Positions 20,975 to 30,900 of a stretch of DNA of 64,000 bases are shown in pieces. The notes under the pieces were generated by a model, which was not told the origin of the DNA, did no database searches, and saw nothing but the letters and a program-made list of their open reading frames with translations. How positions within the stretch are numbered: the stretch's first letter is position 1; every line of letters begins with the position of its first letter. Both the position numbers and the translations under genes were made by a program. The stretch comes from a virus: the IMG/VR virus record IMGVR_UViG_3300045988_163768. One strand, given 5' to 3'.

Positions 20975-22375
20975 TTAGCCACCTATCGCAAAAATAGGTC
21001 TAACACCATAAGTGTTAGTGGCATTATCTCTACTCGCATCTCCATATTGAGAAATTAAGCAAAACTTAGTTTCGCTTGATACATCTCTCAACCAATAATC
21101 ACTATTGATATTTAGTAAACCTGAATTGAAACGAAATAAATTTAATTGTCTACTGTCAGAGGTTTGTTTATTATTGTTATGGGTATAAACATAGCAGCCA
21201 TATACCATCACTTCATTCATCAGATCTAATGTAGCGATAGTCCAAGTTCCTTCAGCCATAATTCTACGAGATAGTATTCTTGATTTAAAAGTATCTGGTA
21301 AATTTGATGTAACAGTATTTAATATATTTGTTTTCATTCCAGAACCTATATATCCACCATTAGTAGTAAGGGAAGAATTCATTTGTCCAGTAGCTAAACA
21401 ACTATCTGGAACAATAGCAAGATGATGAACTTTTGTTTTATCAACCTCTGGAAAGCCTTTATTTATCCAATAATCAAAATCCGCTATCCTATAATTGACT
21501 CCATTAACAGTCCAATAATCGCCTAAATATAAATTTTTAAAAGTCCCATCATTAATCGCAGAAGCTTGTTCTGGAGTAATAGTATCCCCTAAGAACTTTC
21601 CTCTGTATACTGAATTATGAGCTGCAGCTCCAGTACGAAAAACATCAACTATAGAAGATAGAGGTATTTGCTCTCCTTCAACAGTTATAGTAACATCTCC
21701 TGAATATACAGCATTACCATACCAATCAAGAGTGTGAATATTTTTTCTTTGATCCTCAGAACTACCTGTGCCACCGCCTACAATATGGGCATACTTATTT
21801 TCAATATCTTCTACATTATATTTTCCTTGTACGTGCTGATATGAAGCATGAGAAATAGTTCCAAGTCCTTCTACATGAGAACTAGTACCTCTTGCTTCTC
21901 CGCCAAAACCCTCACAATGAGACATATTTGCTTTAGCTATTGTATTATATCCTTCTGCATGAGAATACATTCCTAAAGCTTGAGTATTACCGCCTTCAGC
22001 ATGTGCTGCATAAGTTGTTTTACCAGTTGATGTGTCTTTAAAACCCGCAGTAGTACCATTACCTTCAGCATGGCAAAAATTACCTACTGCATAGGTTGCT
22101 TTTCCTTCTGCAAAAGAATCTTCTCCAACTGCTCTATTATTTGATCCAATAGTCAAGCTTCTCGCCCCAACAGGAACTTCTCCTTGATAATTACGTAATC
22201 TGGCAGATTTTAAACTTGCTTTAAGTTCATTCGCAATCTTCATATCTTCTAAATAATCACCTAAATTAGTTCCATCTGGTAAATCTACATTAGAAGCCTC
22301 TACACCAATAGGAATTTCTTCACCATAACTAGCACCATCATCTAAAGATATTTTTGCTAATTTAATTTTATCCAT
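20975..22375 (-). CDS. tail fiber protein with tandem SHAEG-type repeats
   Basis: 466 aa. About 7 tandem 11-13-aa repeats of the form xSHAEGxxTxAxG (residues about 88-190). Confidence 0.5.
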   Translation of the reverse strand: MDKIKLAKISLDDGASYGEEIPIGVEASNVDLPDGTNLGDYLEDMKIANELKASLKSARLRNYQGEVPVGARSLTIGSNNRAVGEDSFAEGKATYAVGNFCHAEGNGTTAGFKDTSTGKTTYAAHAEGGNTQALGMYSHAEGYNTIAKANMSHCEGFGGEARGTSSHVEGLGTISHASYQHVQGKYNVEDIENKYAHIVGGGTGSSEDQRKNIHTLDWYGNAVYSGDVTITVEGEQIPLSSIVDVFRTGAAAHNSVYRGKFLGDTITPEQASAINDGTFKNLYLGDYWTVNGVNYRIADFDYWINKGFPEVDKTKVHHLAIVPDSCLATGQMNSSLTTNGGYIGSGMKTNILNTVTSNLPDTFKSRILSRRIMAEGTWTIATLDLMNEVMVYGCYVYTHNNNKQTSDSRQLNLFRFNSGLLNINSDYWLRDVSSETKFCLISQYGDASRDNATNTYGVRPIFAIGG

Positions 22376-22378
22376 ACT

Positions 22379-22403
22379 AAAAATAGGCGGGATGAACCCG
22401 CCT
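22379..22403 (-). terminator. terminator-like hairpin between the holin-like gene and the tail fiber gene
   Basis: AGGCGGGATGAACCCGCCT stem-loop with a downstream U-run on the minus strand. Confidence 0.35.
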
Positions 22404-22413
22404 CTCCCCTTTC

Positions 22414-22797
22414 TTATTTATTTTTCTTTATTAAACTTTCTATTACTGTAGTAACATAAGTATCCAAATTACCGTAACTAGCTTCAATCGCGGATTGGAC
22501 ATCAGTATTCATTAATTCAATAGCACGTTGTTTTGCACTTTGAAGAGCTTTAGACTGAGCTTCCGCAGTAAACTTATCTTCTTTCTTTAAATTATCTACG
22601 TATGTCTGTTGAACATAATTAACTGAATCTAAAATAATATTTAGTCCTTTCTTTAGAGCATCCGCAGTTTCATTTTGAACATTTTTGTTAATCAGTTCTT
22701 CAAGATAAGTTTTTAATAAGAATGTTAAAACTGATGTTGCTACTGGAACAACAACCATAATAACTAATTTTAAAAATACCATTAATACATCTACCAT
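22414..22797 (-). CDS. holin-like small membrane protein (single N-terminal TM, charged helical C-terminus)
   Basis: 127 aa. LMVFLKLVIMVVVPVATSVLTFLL TM segment followed by a Lys/Glu-rich helix; the architecture resembles LL-H-type holins. Confidence 0.3.
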   Translation of the reverse strand: MVDVLMVFLKLVIMVVVPVATSVLTFLLKTYLEELINKNVQNETADALKKGLNIILDSVNYVQQTYVDNLKKEDKFTAEAQSKALQSAKQRAIELMNTDVQSAIEASYGNLDTYVTTVIESLIKKNK

Positions 22798-22798
22798 A

Positions 22799-23095
22799 TT
22801 AATTCTCCTTTTCTTCTAAATCTTCTTTGCTATTATCGTTTTCTATAGGAATTTGAAGAGTTATTTTTTCAGATTCTTCTTTTTTTTGCTGCATATTATT
22901 TTGATATTGAGAATAACATTTATAATATGCAAGTTGAATTTCTTCAAATATATCTTTTATAACAAAATATTTTGCACTAATTGGCAAATTTGTTGAATTA
23001 ATTTCATTACATAAATTACTATGCATCTTTATAATTAAATCTTGTTCCATAAGTTTTCTCCTTCTTATATTGTTTGTTACTTCAATCCTGTGCAA
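22799..23095 (-). CDS. hypothetical protein
   Basis: 98-aa ORF that overlaps the end of the giant upstream gene. Confidence 0.3.
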   Translation of the reverse strand: MHRIEVTNNIRRRKLMEQDLIIKMHSNLCNEINSTNLPISAKYFVIKDIFEEIQLAYYKCYSQYQNNMQQKKEESEKITLQIPIENDNSKEDLEEKEN

Positions 23096-26000
23096 ATACC
23101 TTTAACAAATGTAAGTGTTTGTGTTTTTTTAGTTAAATTAACTGTAACTTTTTTAGTTTTCTCGTCAAATTCAGCGTTATCTACAGATATTTCAGTAATA
23201 CAACTTACACTACCATCTACTCCTGTTCCACTTCTTCCGTCTTCTCCTTCTAATTCAATACCTCCTTCAAAACGTACATTACCCATCACCACGCGGTTAG
23301 CTTCTATTCCAACATGTAAATAGCCTCCGCTTTTAGTATCTACGTTTAAAGCTTTTAATATTGTTACCCTATCTGCAATTAAATCTTGTATCCAAGTTTT
23401 AACATTATCATCGAATTTCTCCTTGGCAACTGAGGTATTATTAAGATGTGCTCCATTAATACCGCTTCCAACAATTTTTCCTGCTACTGAACCTCCTGTT
23501 GCAGAAATGTTTGAAAAACTTGCTTCATTAGTAAACTTAGCAACTCCATCAGCAGTAATACTCCAATTCTTTCCAGTTATAGCTCCAGTATTATCTAAAG
23601 TTAAGTTGCCTCCTTTTAAGAATTCCTTACCAAGAGTCCATCCTCCAACGCTTCCACTCGTTGCGTTTAAAACTCCATTCTGATCAACTGTAAAGACGCT
23701 ATTAAAATTTATACCTGTCGTTGGACTTAAAGTCATTTTCTCTCCATCATCTTTTCCAGTTAAGCTAGAATCGTTAATCGTCCATCCTCCAATGCTTCCG
23801 CTCGTTGCAGTTAGTTTTCCTTTGTTATTAACTGTAAACTTACCTTGACCTAGTCCAATTCCTGAAGGACCTAGATAAAATCCCTCGTTCTTTTCTTCAT
23901 TATAAGATGTCTTTTTATATCTAATACTACTTTCAGTTATCCTCAGAGGAGGATTTCCTTGGTCACTACCTCCAATATATCCTTCCTTCATGTAAACAGT
24001 GCCGTCTGTGTCAACTTGAAAACTACTAACTGTTTTTGCCTCATCTTTTACCCATGTATCATGTCGATTACCAAGAGCAAATCCATCCGTTCCTAGATAA
24101 AAACCATCACTACTACTATCTTTTGATGTTTTTTTACTATATAAAGCACTTTTTCCTTCACTTGTACCTTCTCCCTTTCCTATTGTAATAGGAGAAGTAC
24201 CGCTACCAAGTATTCCTTTAGCAGCTTTTATCTTACCGTTAAAATCTACAGTAAAATAATCGCCAGCTTTTATTACTATAGATGTACCATCAGCCTTTTC
24301 GCTTAAGGAGTTAAAAGAAACTTTATTATTGTCAGAAGTTAATGCTGTATTACCGATTTTCCATCCAGCAATACTTCCTCCACCTTTTGCTGTTAAATAA
24401 CCACTGCTATTAACACTGAAATTACCTGTACCAAAGTTGATTTTTGGCGTAGTTAAATCAATTAACATACCGCCTTTTTGTTCTCCTGAATCATTATAAT
24501 TTCCAGATTTTATCTCAGCTTTTCCCTCAGATGGATTTAAAATAATTTGTCCGCCATTATTAACACCAAAAACAGCTTTACCCGTTTCAGCGTCTAAAAA
24601 TATATTTCTTTGACCTTTATTATATCCGAATAATCCTATCTCAATATTATTCTGATTAGCTTCTTGTACTTTTCCCATAACAATACCTGTAAAAGCATTG
24701 TTATTATCTTTTACTCCTGCTCCAACTTGCGGAGATAGAATAAATCCGCCATCGCTATTTACATTAACACTATTACCATCCCAATCATTTATAGCCGCAT
24801 TATTAAATCTATTTAAGTATAAATGTACTGGTATATAAATATTCGCAATAATTTTACTTTCATTAGTTTCATCTTTTATTGTACATACTATACCATTATT
24901 TACACATTGTCCATCATAATCATCAACAGGCTTATAGCTACGCTGATTTATTGGAATGTTTGTTGGACTAATATCTATTAAATGTAAAGAAGATTTTTCT
25001 TCCCAACAAGTTAAATCATTAATTCCAGAACTTTGGTGATATTCTAAAATGCTTCCTTTTCTATCCCATGTATAATTAGTTTTTGAATTGATACTAATAT
25101 CCACATAACCATTAGCTTCTTGCATACGTTTCTTAACTTCTAAAGTAAAAGGAGTAGCATTATCATATTTAGGTTTCCTTCCATCCGCATTATAAATAAC
25201 ATATCTAAAACCAGTATAATCTTTTAAATTAACTTTATAGTTGTCATCATAAATTTCCGCAACTATAATTGGCATAGTAGCATAATAAGTTATTCCATCG
25301 TATTTTACTGTAGCTTTTATAATATTAGCAACTCCAGAGTGATCATCCCAAGGTAAAGGCTTCCCATTTGTAGAAATTAATGAAACATTTCCATTCTGAG
25401 GATTAATTTGTATGAAAGAATAATCTGTACCGCTAGAATTCCCATAATCAAGTCCATATTTATTTTTTAATACGCTCCAAACTACTGTCGTATTACCTGA
25501 CGTAGTACTTCCGCTAAAAACTATTTCTCCATCTTTCCATATTTCAATTTTAAAATTAGACGCATTATCTTTCTTATTAAAATTAAAACTATAGTTAGCA
25601 CCGCTTTTAGTAAGGATTGGATATACTGGAATAGGCTCTCCATCTTTAACATTTGGAACTATCTTGCACACAATGTCAGTTCCATTTGTTCCAGGTTCTC
25701 CTTCTTTAACAAAAGTAAAGTTAGTCTCCGCAATTAGATTCATCTCTTTATATTCTACTGCTAATTGAATATTATTTCTAACCTTATTAACAGAATACTT
25801 ATCTTCAATACCATATGTTAATGTTGTAATATTATTATATGTTGTTGTATTATTGATTAAATCTTCATCTTTGACATTATTATAATCAGATGAAATCTTT
25901 AACATAGTGTTTTTAGAAGGAACAATCCATTTAATTTTGCAATGTTTAGCCACTTCATCATCAATAGGTTGACCTAAATTATTATAAATAGTAAAAGTTA

Positions 26001-27831
26001 AAGCTTGCAAAGTAATAGGTTTCTCTAATGATTTAGAAGCTGGACTAATTCCATTTTCATTATATTTAAAAGTTTGGATACCATTATTAATAACTAAAGT
26101 ATATAAACCTTCTGTGCTTAAAGAATTAGTTAAAGTGATTGATGCTGATCCTAGGAAGGTTTTACTTCCATTTCTAATATAATATACCGCACATTTATAA
26201 GTTTTATTTCGTGTAATAGAACGCACATCTATATGAATGATCTTATCTTTTTCTACTCTTGTTATTGTATTATATTTCTCTATAACAGCATTATATCTGT
26301 CTAATTCATCCTTTACAACTTCGTAATATTTTGTACCATCACTAATAGCTTTTTCTAAATCTTTTTTATTCTTAACTGCGTTATTATATTCTTCATTTTC
26401 CGCGGTCGTCTCTTCAAGATTACTAAAACCGCCTATGCTATCAACAGTAATCCAAGAGAATTCATAATTACTCGTATCTTTTATTTGTTCTCCATTCATT
26501 AAACAAGTTAAAGTAGGATAACCAACATCATAATAAAACTGCTCTCCTAAATCAGATACTAATGAAAATTGATAATTAGAATTATAATTTTTAATCACAA
26601 TCTGTTTTTCTAAAGCACTCTCATCGTAAATAACAACGCATTTATATTTAGTCTCTTTTGCAATTACATCTTCAAAACAAACTTTATATTCAGAATCAAG
26701 AGCAACATATTCTACTATCGCGGCTTCTCCATTTTCTTCATTTGCATCTTGAATAATATTATACTTATTTAGACATCTCCAACCCTGACCGCCATACTTA
26801 TGATAACCTAAACTTTTTGATGTAATATTAATATCTTCCACAAACCAATAGAAAGGAAGTTTTTGAGAATTATTATCTATAACTTTACCTTTAACTCTAA
26901 CTTGTGCTTGTAGCTTTTTATAATCATTTTTATTTGCATTTTTATTGAAAAAATTACCTTGCGGAGTTATGATACTTAAACTACAACCATTAATATCCTC
27001 CTCGCTAAGTTTTGCAACTCCATAAAATTGCAAATCTTCTATAAAAATATCATCAATATAATTCTCCTTGCTATTCGGGAAATTATAACAAAATAATTTA
27101 ATTTCTTTTATAGATTTGAAATTTATTCCATCTATATCAAAAATACCATATTGTTTGGTTGAGTAAACCAATTTATAAGGATTACCTGTCATTTTATCCA
27201 CATCTATAACATAATTTCTCGTTATAATTTTATTAGTCGCATTATCTAAAAAATCTAACGCAAAGATAATACCATAGTTACCTCTACTCTGTTGTTCTGG
27301 CGGCAGTAGTGTCCTTACTTTCATGCTGCAAACTAAATTTGCAGATTGTTTTATATATTCTTCCGCAGATGCACTATCTACTTTTATTAAATTCTTATTT
27401 GGAAAATCTCTACTATATAAGATTTTCTCTTGTTCGCCTTTTGAATATGAACTTAATCCAAAAACAGTAGATGAAGAAATACAGTTATTACCAATAGGTT
27501 CATAACTTTCCTCTCCTTCTGAAGTAGCTATATAGTTAATACCTAGTTTTTTTGTTGTACCTAAAATAGTCTTATCTTTTTTCATATCGTTACCAGGAAT
27601 TAGTATATAGACATTAGAACCATCTGTATAAGTGGTATCAGAATTTCCTGAGTATGCATAAAAAATGCTATCTTGATACTTTACTTTGTATTTACCAATA
27701 GTAGCATCTATACACGAAAGAATCGTTGCTTGAATTGTCTTATCATAACTAGCTTGATTTACTGCTTTCTTTACGATAATATCAATAGCTTTGCAAATAT
27801 TGCTTTCTATGTTATTGCTCAACTTATACAC
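23077..27831 (-). CDS. giant tail-tip / host-adhesion protein (Dit-Tal-like position, immediately after the tape-measure gene)
   Basis: 1584 aa, beta-rich. The C-terminal third carries three roughly 100-aa repeat modules with a recurring SG(S)IGGW(K/T)I..(S/T)L motif. Confidence 0.5.
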   Translation of the reverse strand: MYKLSNNIESNICKAIDIIVKKAVNQASYDKTIQATILSCIDATIGKYKVKYQDSIFYAYSGNSDTTYTDGSNVYILIPGNDMKKDKTILGTTKKLGINYIATSEGEESYEPIGNNCISSSTVFGLSSYSKGEQEKILYSRDFPNKNLIKVDSASAEEYIKQSANLVCSMKVRTLLPPEQQSRGNYGIIFALDFLDNATNKIITRNYVIDVDKMTGNPYKLVYSTKQYGIFDIDGINFKSIKEIKLFCYNFPNSKENYIDDIFIEDLQFYGVAKLSEEDINGCSLSIITPQGNFFNKNANKNDYKKLQAQVRVKGKVIDNNSQKLPFYWFVEDINITSKSLGYHKYGGQGWRCLNKYNIIQDANEENGEAAIVEYVALDSEYKVCFEDVIAKETKYKCVVIYDESALEKQIVIKNYNSNYQFSLVSDLGEQFYYDVGYPTLTCLMNGEQIKDTSNYEFSWITVDSIGGFSNLEETTAENEEYNNAVKNKKDLEKAISDGTKYYEVVKDELDRYNAVIEKYNTITRVEKDKIIHIDVRSITRNKTYKCAVYYIRNGSKTFLGSASITLTNSLSTEGLYTLVINNGIQTFKYNENGISPASKSLEKPITLQALTFTIYNNLGQPIDDEVAKHCKIKWIVPSKNTMLKISSDYNNVKDEDLINNTTTYNNITTLTYGIEDKYSVNKVRNNIQLAVEYKEMNLIAETNFTFVKEGEPGTNGTDIVCKIVPNVKDGEPIPVYPILTKSGANYSFNFNKKDNASNFKIEIWKDGEIVFSGSTTSGNTTVVWSVLKNKYGLDYGNSSGTDYSFIQINPQNGNVSLISTNGKPLPWDDHSGVANIIKATVKYDGITYYATMPIIVAEIYDDNYKVNLKDYTGFRYVIYNADGRKPKYDNATPFTLEVKKRMQEANGYVDISINSKTNYTWDRKGSILEYHQSSGINDLTCWEEKSSLHLIDISPTNIPINQRSYKPVDDYDGQCVNNGIVCTIKDETNESKIIANIYIPVHLYLNRFNNAAINDWDGNSVNVNSDGGFILSPQVGAGVKDNNNAFTGIVMGKVQEANQNNIEIGLFGYNKGQRNIFLDAETGKAVFGVNNGGQIILNPSEGKAEIKSGNYNDSGEQKGGMLIDLTTPKINFGTGNFSVNSSGYLTAKGGGSIAGWKIGNTALTSDNNKVSFNSLSEKADGTSIVIKAGDYFTVDFNGKIKAAKGILGSGTSPITIGKGEGTSEGKSALYSKKTSKDSSSDGFYLGTDGFALGNRHDTWVKDEAKTVSSFQVDTDGTVYMKEGYIGGSDQGNPPLRITESSIRYKKTSYNEEKNEGFYLGPSGIGLGQGKFTVNNKGKLTATSGSIGGWTINDSSLTGKDDGEKMTLSPTTGINFNSVFTVDQNGVLNATSGSVGGWTLGKEFLKGGNLTLDNTGAITGKNWSITADGVAKFTNEASFSNISATGGSVAGKIVGSGINGAHLNNTSVAKEKFDDNVKTWIQDLIADRVTILKALNVDTKSGGYLHVGIEANRVVMGNVRFEGGIELEGEDGRSGTGVDGSVSCITEISVDNAEFDEKTKKVTVNLTKKTQTLTFVKGICTGLK

Positions 27832-27890
27832 TCCTTTTCTCTCTTTATATAAAATATAATTTTTTATTAAAGATTTTTAAATAAAAATGT

Positions 27891-27925
27891 CCAAAAAAAA
27901 ATAAGAGAGGTATAAAGCCTCTCTT
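27891..27925 (-). terminator. attenuator/terminator hairpin after the tape-measure gene
   Basis: AAGAGAGG...CCTCTCTT stem followed on the minus strand by a U-run. Confidence 0.4.
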
Positions 27926-27927
27926 AT

Positions 27928-30900
27928 TTAACGTTTAGTATCATATGCGTGTTGACTTGCATAATTTACTAAATTTTTAAATGCCTTTTCAATTTCTCCA
28001 GAATTTTGAACATTCGGGAAAGAAGCTTCTATTTGGACTTTCTGGTCAATAGTCAAATCTTGAGATGCGGAAAAGCCGCTCAAAGAAGTAGTAGTCTGAG
28101 CTAGTAGCCCAATCAGTCTATCCATCATAGATGCATTAATTGTATCTAAAACACTGTCTAAACTTCTAACAACATTCATAGCAGATAAGAAATTTTTAGT
28201 ATCTTCTTTATTCAAAACTAATTCTTTTTGATGAAGAATACCAACTTTTCCCTCATTTCCGTTCCATGCTCCAGTGTATCCGCCAGTATCAAATTTCTTG
28301 ATATCATCTTTCGTAAGCCACCCGAATGGACCATCATTACTCTGAACATGAATAGGCTTTTTAGCTCCCTTTTCAATCTGAGTAATCGTACCAGGTTTAT
28401 TCTGTCCAGCTCCTCTATTTCCTGAAGGTTCAGCTCCTTCAGACGTATAATAATATCTTTTTCCTTTTAGTAATTTAACCTTATCTCCAATTTTAAATTT
28501 CTTACTACCTTCGTCCATGTCAACTGCACTTGCTGGAGTATCAGAAGGATCCGCTTTGACATCAACGATTGTATTCTTTCCTTCACCTTTATTACTTTTG
28601 TTATTCTTTTTATTATCTCCGCTTTTGCCATTTTCAGCAGCCTCTTTATCTGCTGCTTCTCTCGCTTCCTTATCCTTCTGTTGCTTTAATTTATTAGCTT
28701 CTGTAACCGCAGAAATAGCAGCTGCCGCAACACCTCTATAAGCTTCTTCTAACTGTTTTACTTCTTGAAGTACATCTTGAACAGCTTCTAATTGAGCCTT
28801 GTATTTTTCAAGTAACTTATCATTTTCCTCAAGAAGCTCTTTAGCTTTTTGGATATTCATATCATATCCTTCAGCAATCTTGTTGAAATCTACCCCTGAA
28901 CGTTCGCTTGTCTCACTCAAGTTATTTCTATAAGTAAGTAAAGCTTCATCTAGCTGTTTAAAGGCATTTTCACAAGTTGGAATAAAACCGCCTTCTCCCG
29001 CAAATTTATCAGTCATTTGCTGAACGCCTGAATTCCATTGCGGAATCATGCTCTCCATTAAGATTCTCTTTTCCTCATCTGACATTGCTTGGAAGTTAGC
29101 TACATCGGTATTATACTTTTTAGCTAATTCTTGGAAAGTTGTATCCTGAAGATTCTGCTTAACTTGCTCATTTTGTTCAACTAAGTTATTTATTATTTCG
29201 CCATATTGTTCTGCTAATAATTTTTTCTTTTCTTCTCTTTCTTCATCTGCAAGGGTAGTATCTGAATACAGTTCTAATAATTTCTGTTGGAATTCAGAAT
29301 AAGTGCTATAGATTTCATCTAAATTACTCTTATACTTGTCTTTATCCAAATTATAGAGAGAATTTTGAGCTTCTAATAGCTCTTGCTGTGCTTGAGCTAT
29401 ACTGTCTTCATCAGAAACATATTGATAACTATAATTTCCTTGAGAATCACGTCTCAATCTCATTTTTGACTTATTTTTTTGAGCATCTTGCAAAGCAATT
29501 TCTTTTAAAGCTATTTCGTATAGTGCATTAGCACGATCTACGTCATATTGAGTCAATTTTTCCTTAGCTTTAAGCATTTCAATTTGCTCATTCATCAGGT
29601 TATTCAATTTCTTTTGAGCAGATAAACTACTTGTATTATCAATAGAATCTAAATACTTATTTTGAAGTTTTTGAATTTCAAAAGAAGAATTGATACTATC
29701 CAAATACATATCTGCATTTTTGTTAATTAAATCCCATTGATCTTTAACATGATCTAATCCGCTTCCATTGGTTAGTCTCTTGTTAATATCTTCAAAGATT
29801 TTATTTATAGTATTTTTGTATTCTTCAATAACTTCCTCAATAGAACTCTTAACTTTTGAGTTTAAATCAGTAACCGCTTTTTCATAATTAGCTTTATATT
29901 CTTTCCAAGCTTTGGAATCTTTTTCTTCGTTATCCATTCTCTGTTTCCAGAATTCTACCTGTTTTCTTGCAAAGTCCAAATTATCATTATTATTTTTTCT
30001 TTGCATCTCATAATATTTAGCTAATTGAGAATAAGCTTTATCGCCATAAATTAAACCAATTACATCTTTATCATGGTCAATTAAATCAGATATAAATTCA
30101 TATTGTTCTGATTGTTCGTCTAGTTTTTCTTGAGCTTTATCTATTGCACTTAAATAAGTCTCTTCAATATCCTTTGATATTTGTGCATAATTTTCTAACG
30201 CGGTTTCCGCATTTTTTTCATACTTCTCTAAATCTTCATAAGCTTTAGCAAGGTTATCTCCATAAATAGTTGATTTTCCGCCAGCTTCCATAATTTCAAT
30301 TTCACTTTTAGTTTTATTAAGCTGATCTGTTAAAGCTTGAATCTCGCCTGTACCATCTGGCTTTACATATGAACTAAAATTAGATAGTAAAGCGTTAGCT
30401 TGACCCGCGAAGTCATCATCTTTTATGCCATCAATAACTTTCTTTTTAAAAGCATTAAAATCTCTCTCTGCTTGAGCTGTATCAAGAGCTAAGTCAACTT
30501 TTAAAGTAAACTTCTTAATTCTTACTTCTGTAGCTTTATCTTCTATTTCTTGCTGTTGTTTTTCTATCTCTTTTTCATCTGCATTTAACTCTTCATATTT
30601 GCTAAGAATCTTTTTAAATTTCTCATAATCCTTTTTTGCAGCTTCAACTGTTTGCTTATATTTCTTTTGCTCTTCTTTGGACATGCCATTATATTTAGTA
30701 ATCATTTTATTGACATTATCCATTTTAGTTTGCATAATTTTAAAATAATTAGTTATGTCTCCATCTGCGTTAAAAGTGACTCCTTCTGCTTTAAGTGCAG
30801 ATTTATACGTACTAGACCTAATTTTAGCTACCTCTATTTTTGTAGCATACGCTTCTTTTTGCTTTTCTAATAAATCTAACTGTTCTTGAAGATTTTTAGT

